From: the human T2T-CHM13v2.0 reference genome, Homo sapiens | DNA: 64,000 nt | Strand: one strand, 5' to 3' | Assembly (NCBI RefSeq): GCF_009914755.1 | Contig: NC_060926.1 | Shown here: positions 63,855 through 64,000 of the stretch, in pieces | Numbering within the stretch: position 1 is the first letter of the stretch | Layout of the letters: every line of letters begins with the position of its first letter | Made by a program: the position numbers and the translations under genes | The notes under the pieces: model-generated | Seen by the model: only the letters and a program-made list of their open reading frames with translations | Told to the model about the DNA's origin: nothing | Databases searched by the model: none

Positions 63855-64000
63855 ATAATTTTATAAAACTCTAGTTCACTGGAACCATTAGCAATTTAAT
63901 CTTTTTCTGCCACCAAGTTCTTGACCTGACCCAGCCTTTACAATGACTTAGCAGTATGCATATTGGTTTTTGTAATGTGCTCTAATCAAAGTAGGGAGAT

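Larger units (their letters stand above)
53886..64000 (+). other. GULP1: GULP1 intron 1 (continues beyond the window)
   Basis: Downstream of the donors, T-skewed, hosts MIR561; no PTB-domain coding exon seen. Confidence 0.75.

Overview
Human (primate) genomic DNA, AT-rich and dominated by interspersed repeats, with no credible protein-coding exon. The anchor is a hairpin at 58267-58363 that matches hsa-mir-561. From recall, MIR561 lies in intron 1 of GULP1 (2q32), so the CpG island at about 52330-53890 is the GULP1 promoter, with two candidate non-coding first exons (donors at 52939/52940 and 53885/53886). Positions 1-52 kb are upstream sequence made of L1 (ME/MA/MC/PA-PB), L2, MIR, 15 Alus, LTRs (MER41, MER66-like, THE1, MST, MLT1, MLT2A1, MER21, LTR19, LTR33), hAT MITEs (MER5, MER20, MER45A) and a tailless 3'-truncated 5S rRNA retropseudogene. 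The best leads are regulatory: an ARE/AP-1 cluster in intron 1, an antisense LTR10 with an AP-1/E-box tandem array pointing at the strand-symmetric miR-561 hairpin, one uORF-rich and one ATG-free first exon, fold-back inverted repeats, and a CpG-retaining old Alu. I see no new coding system. Repeat subfamily names and boundaries were assigned by eye and need RepeatMasker/Dfam confirmation.
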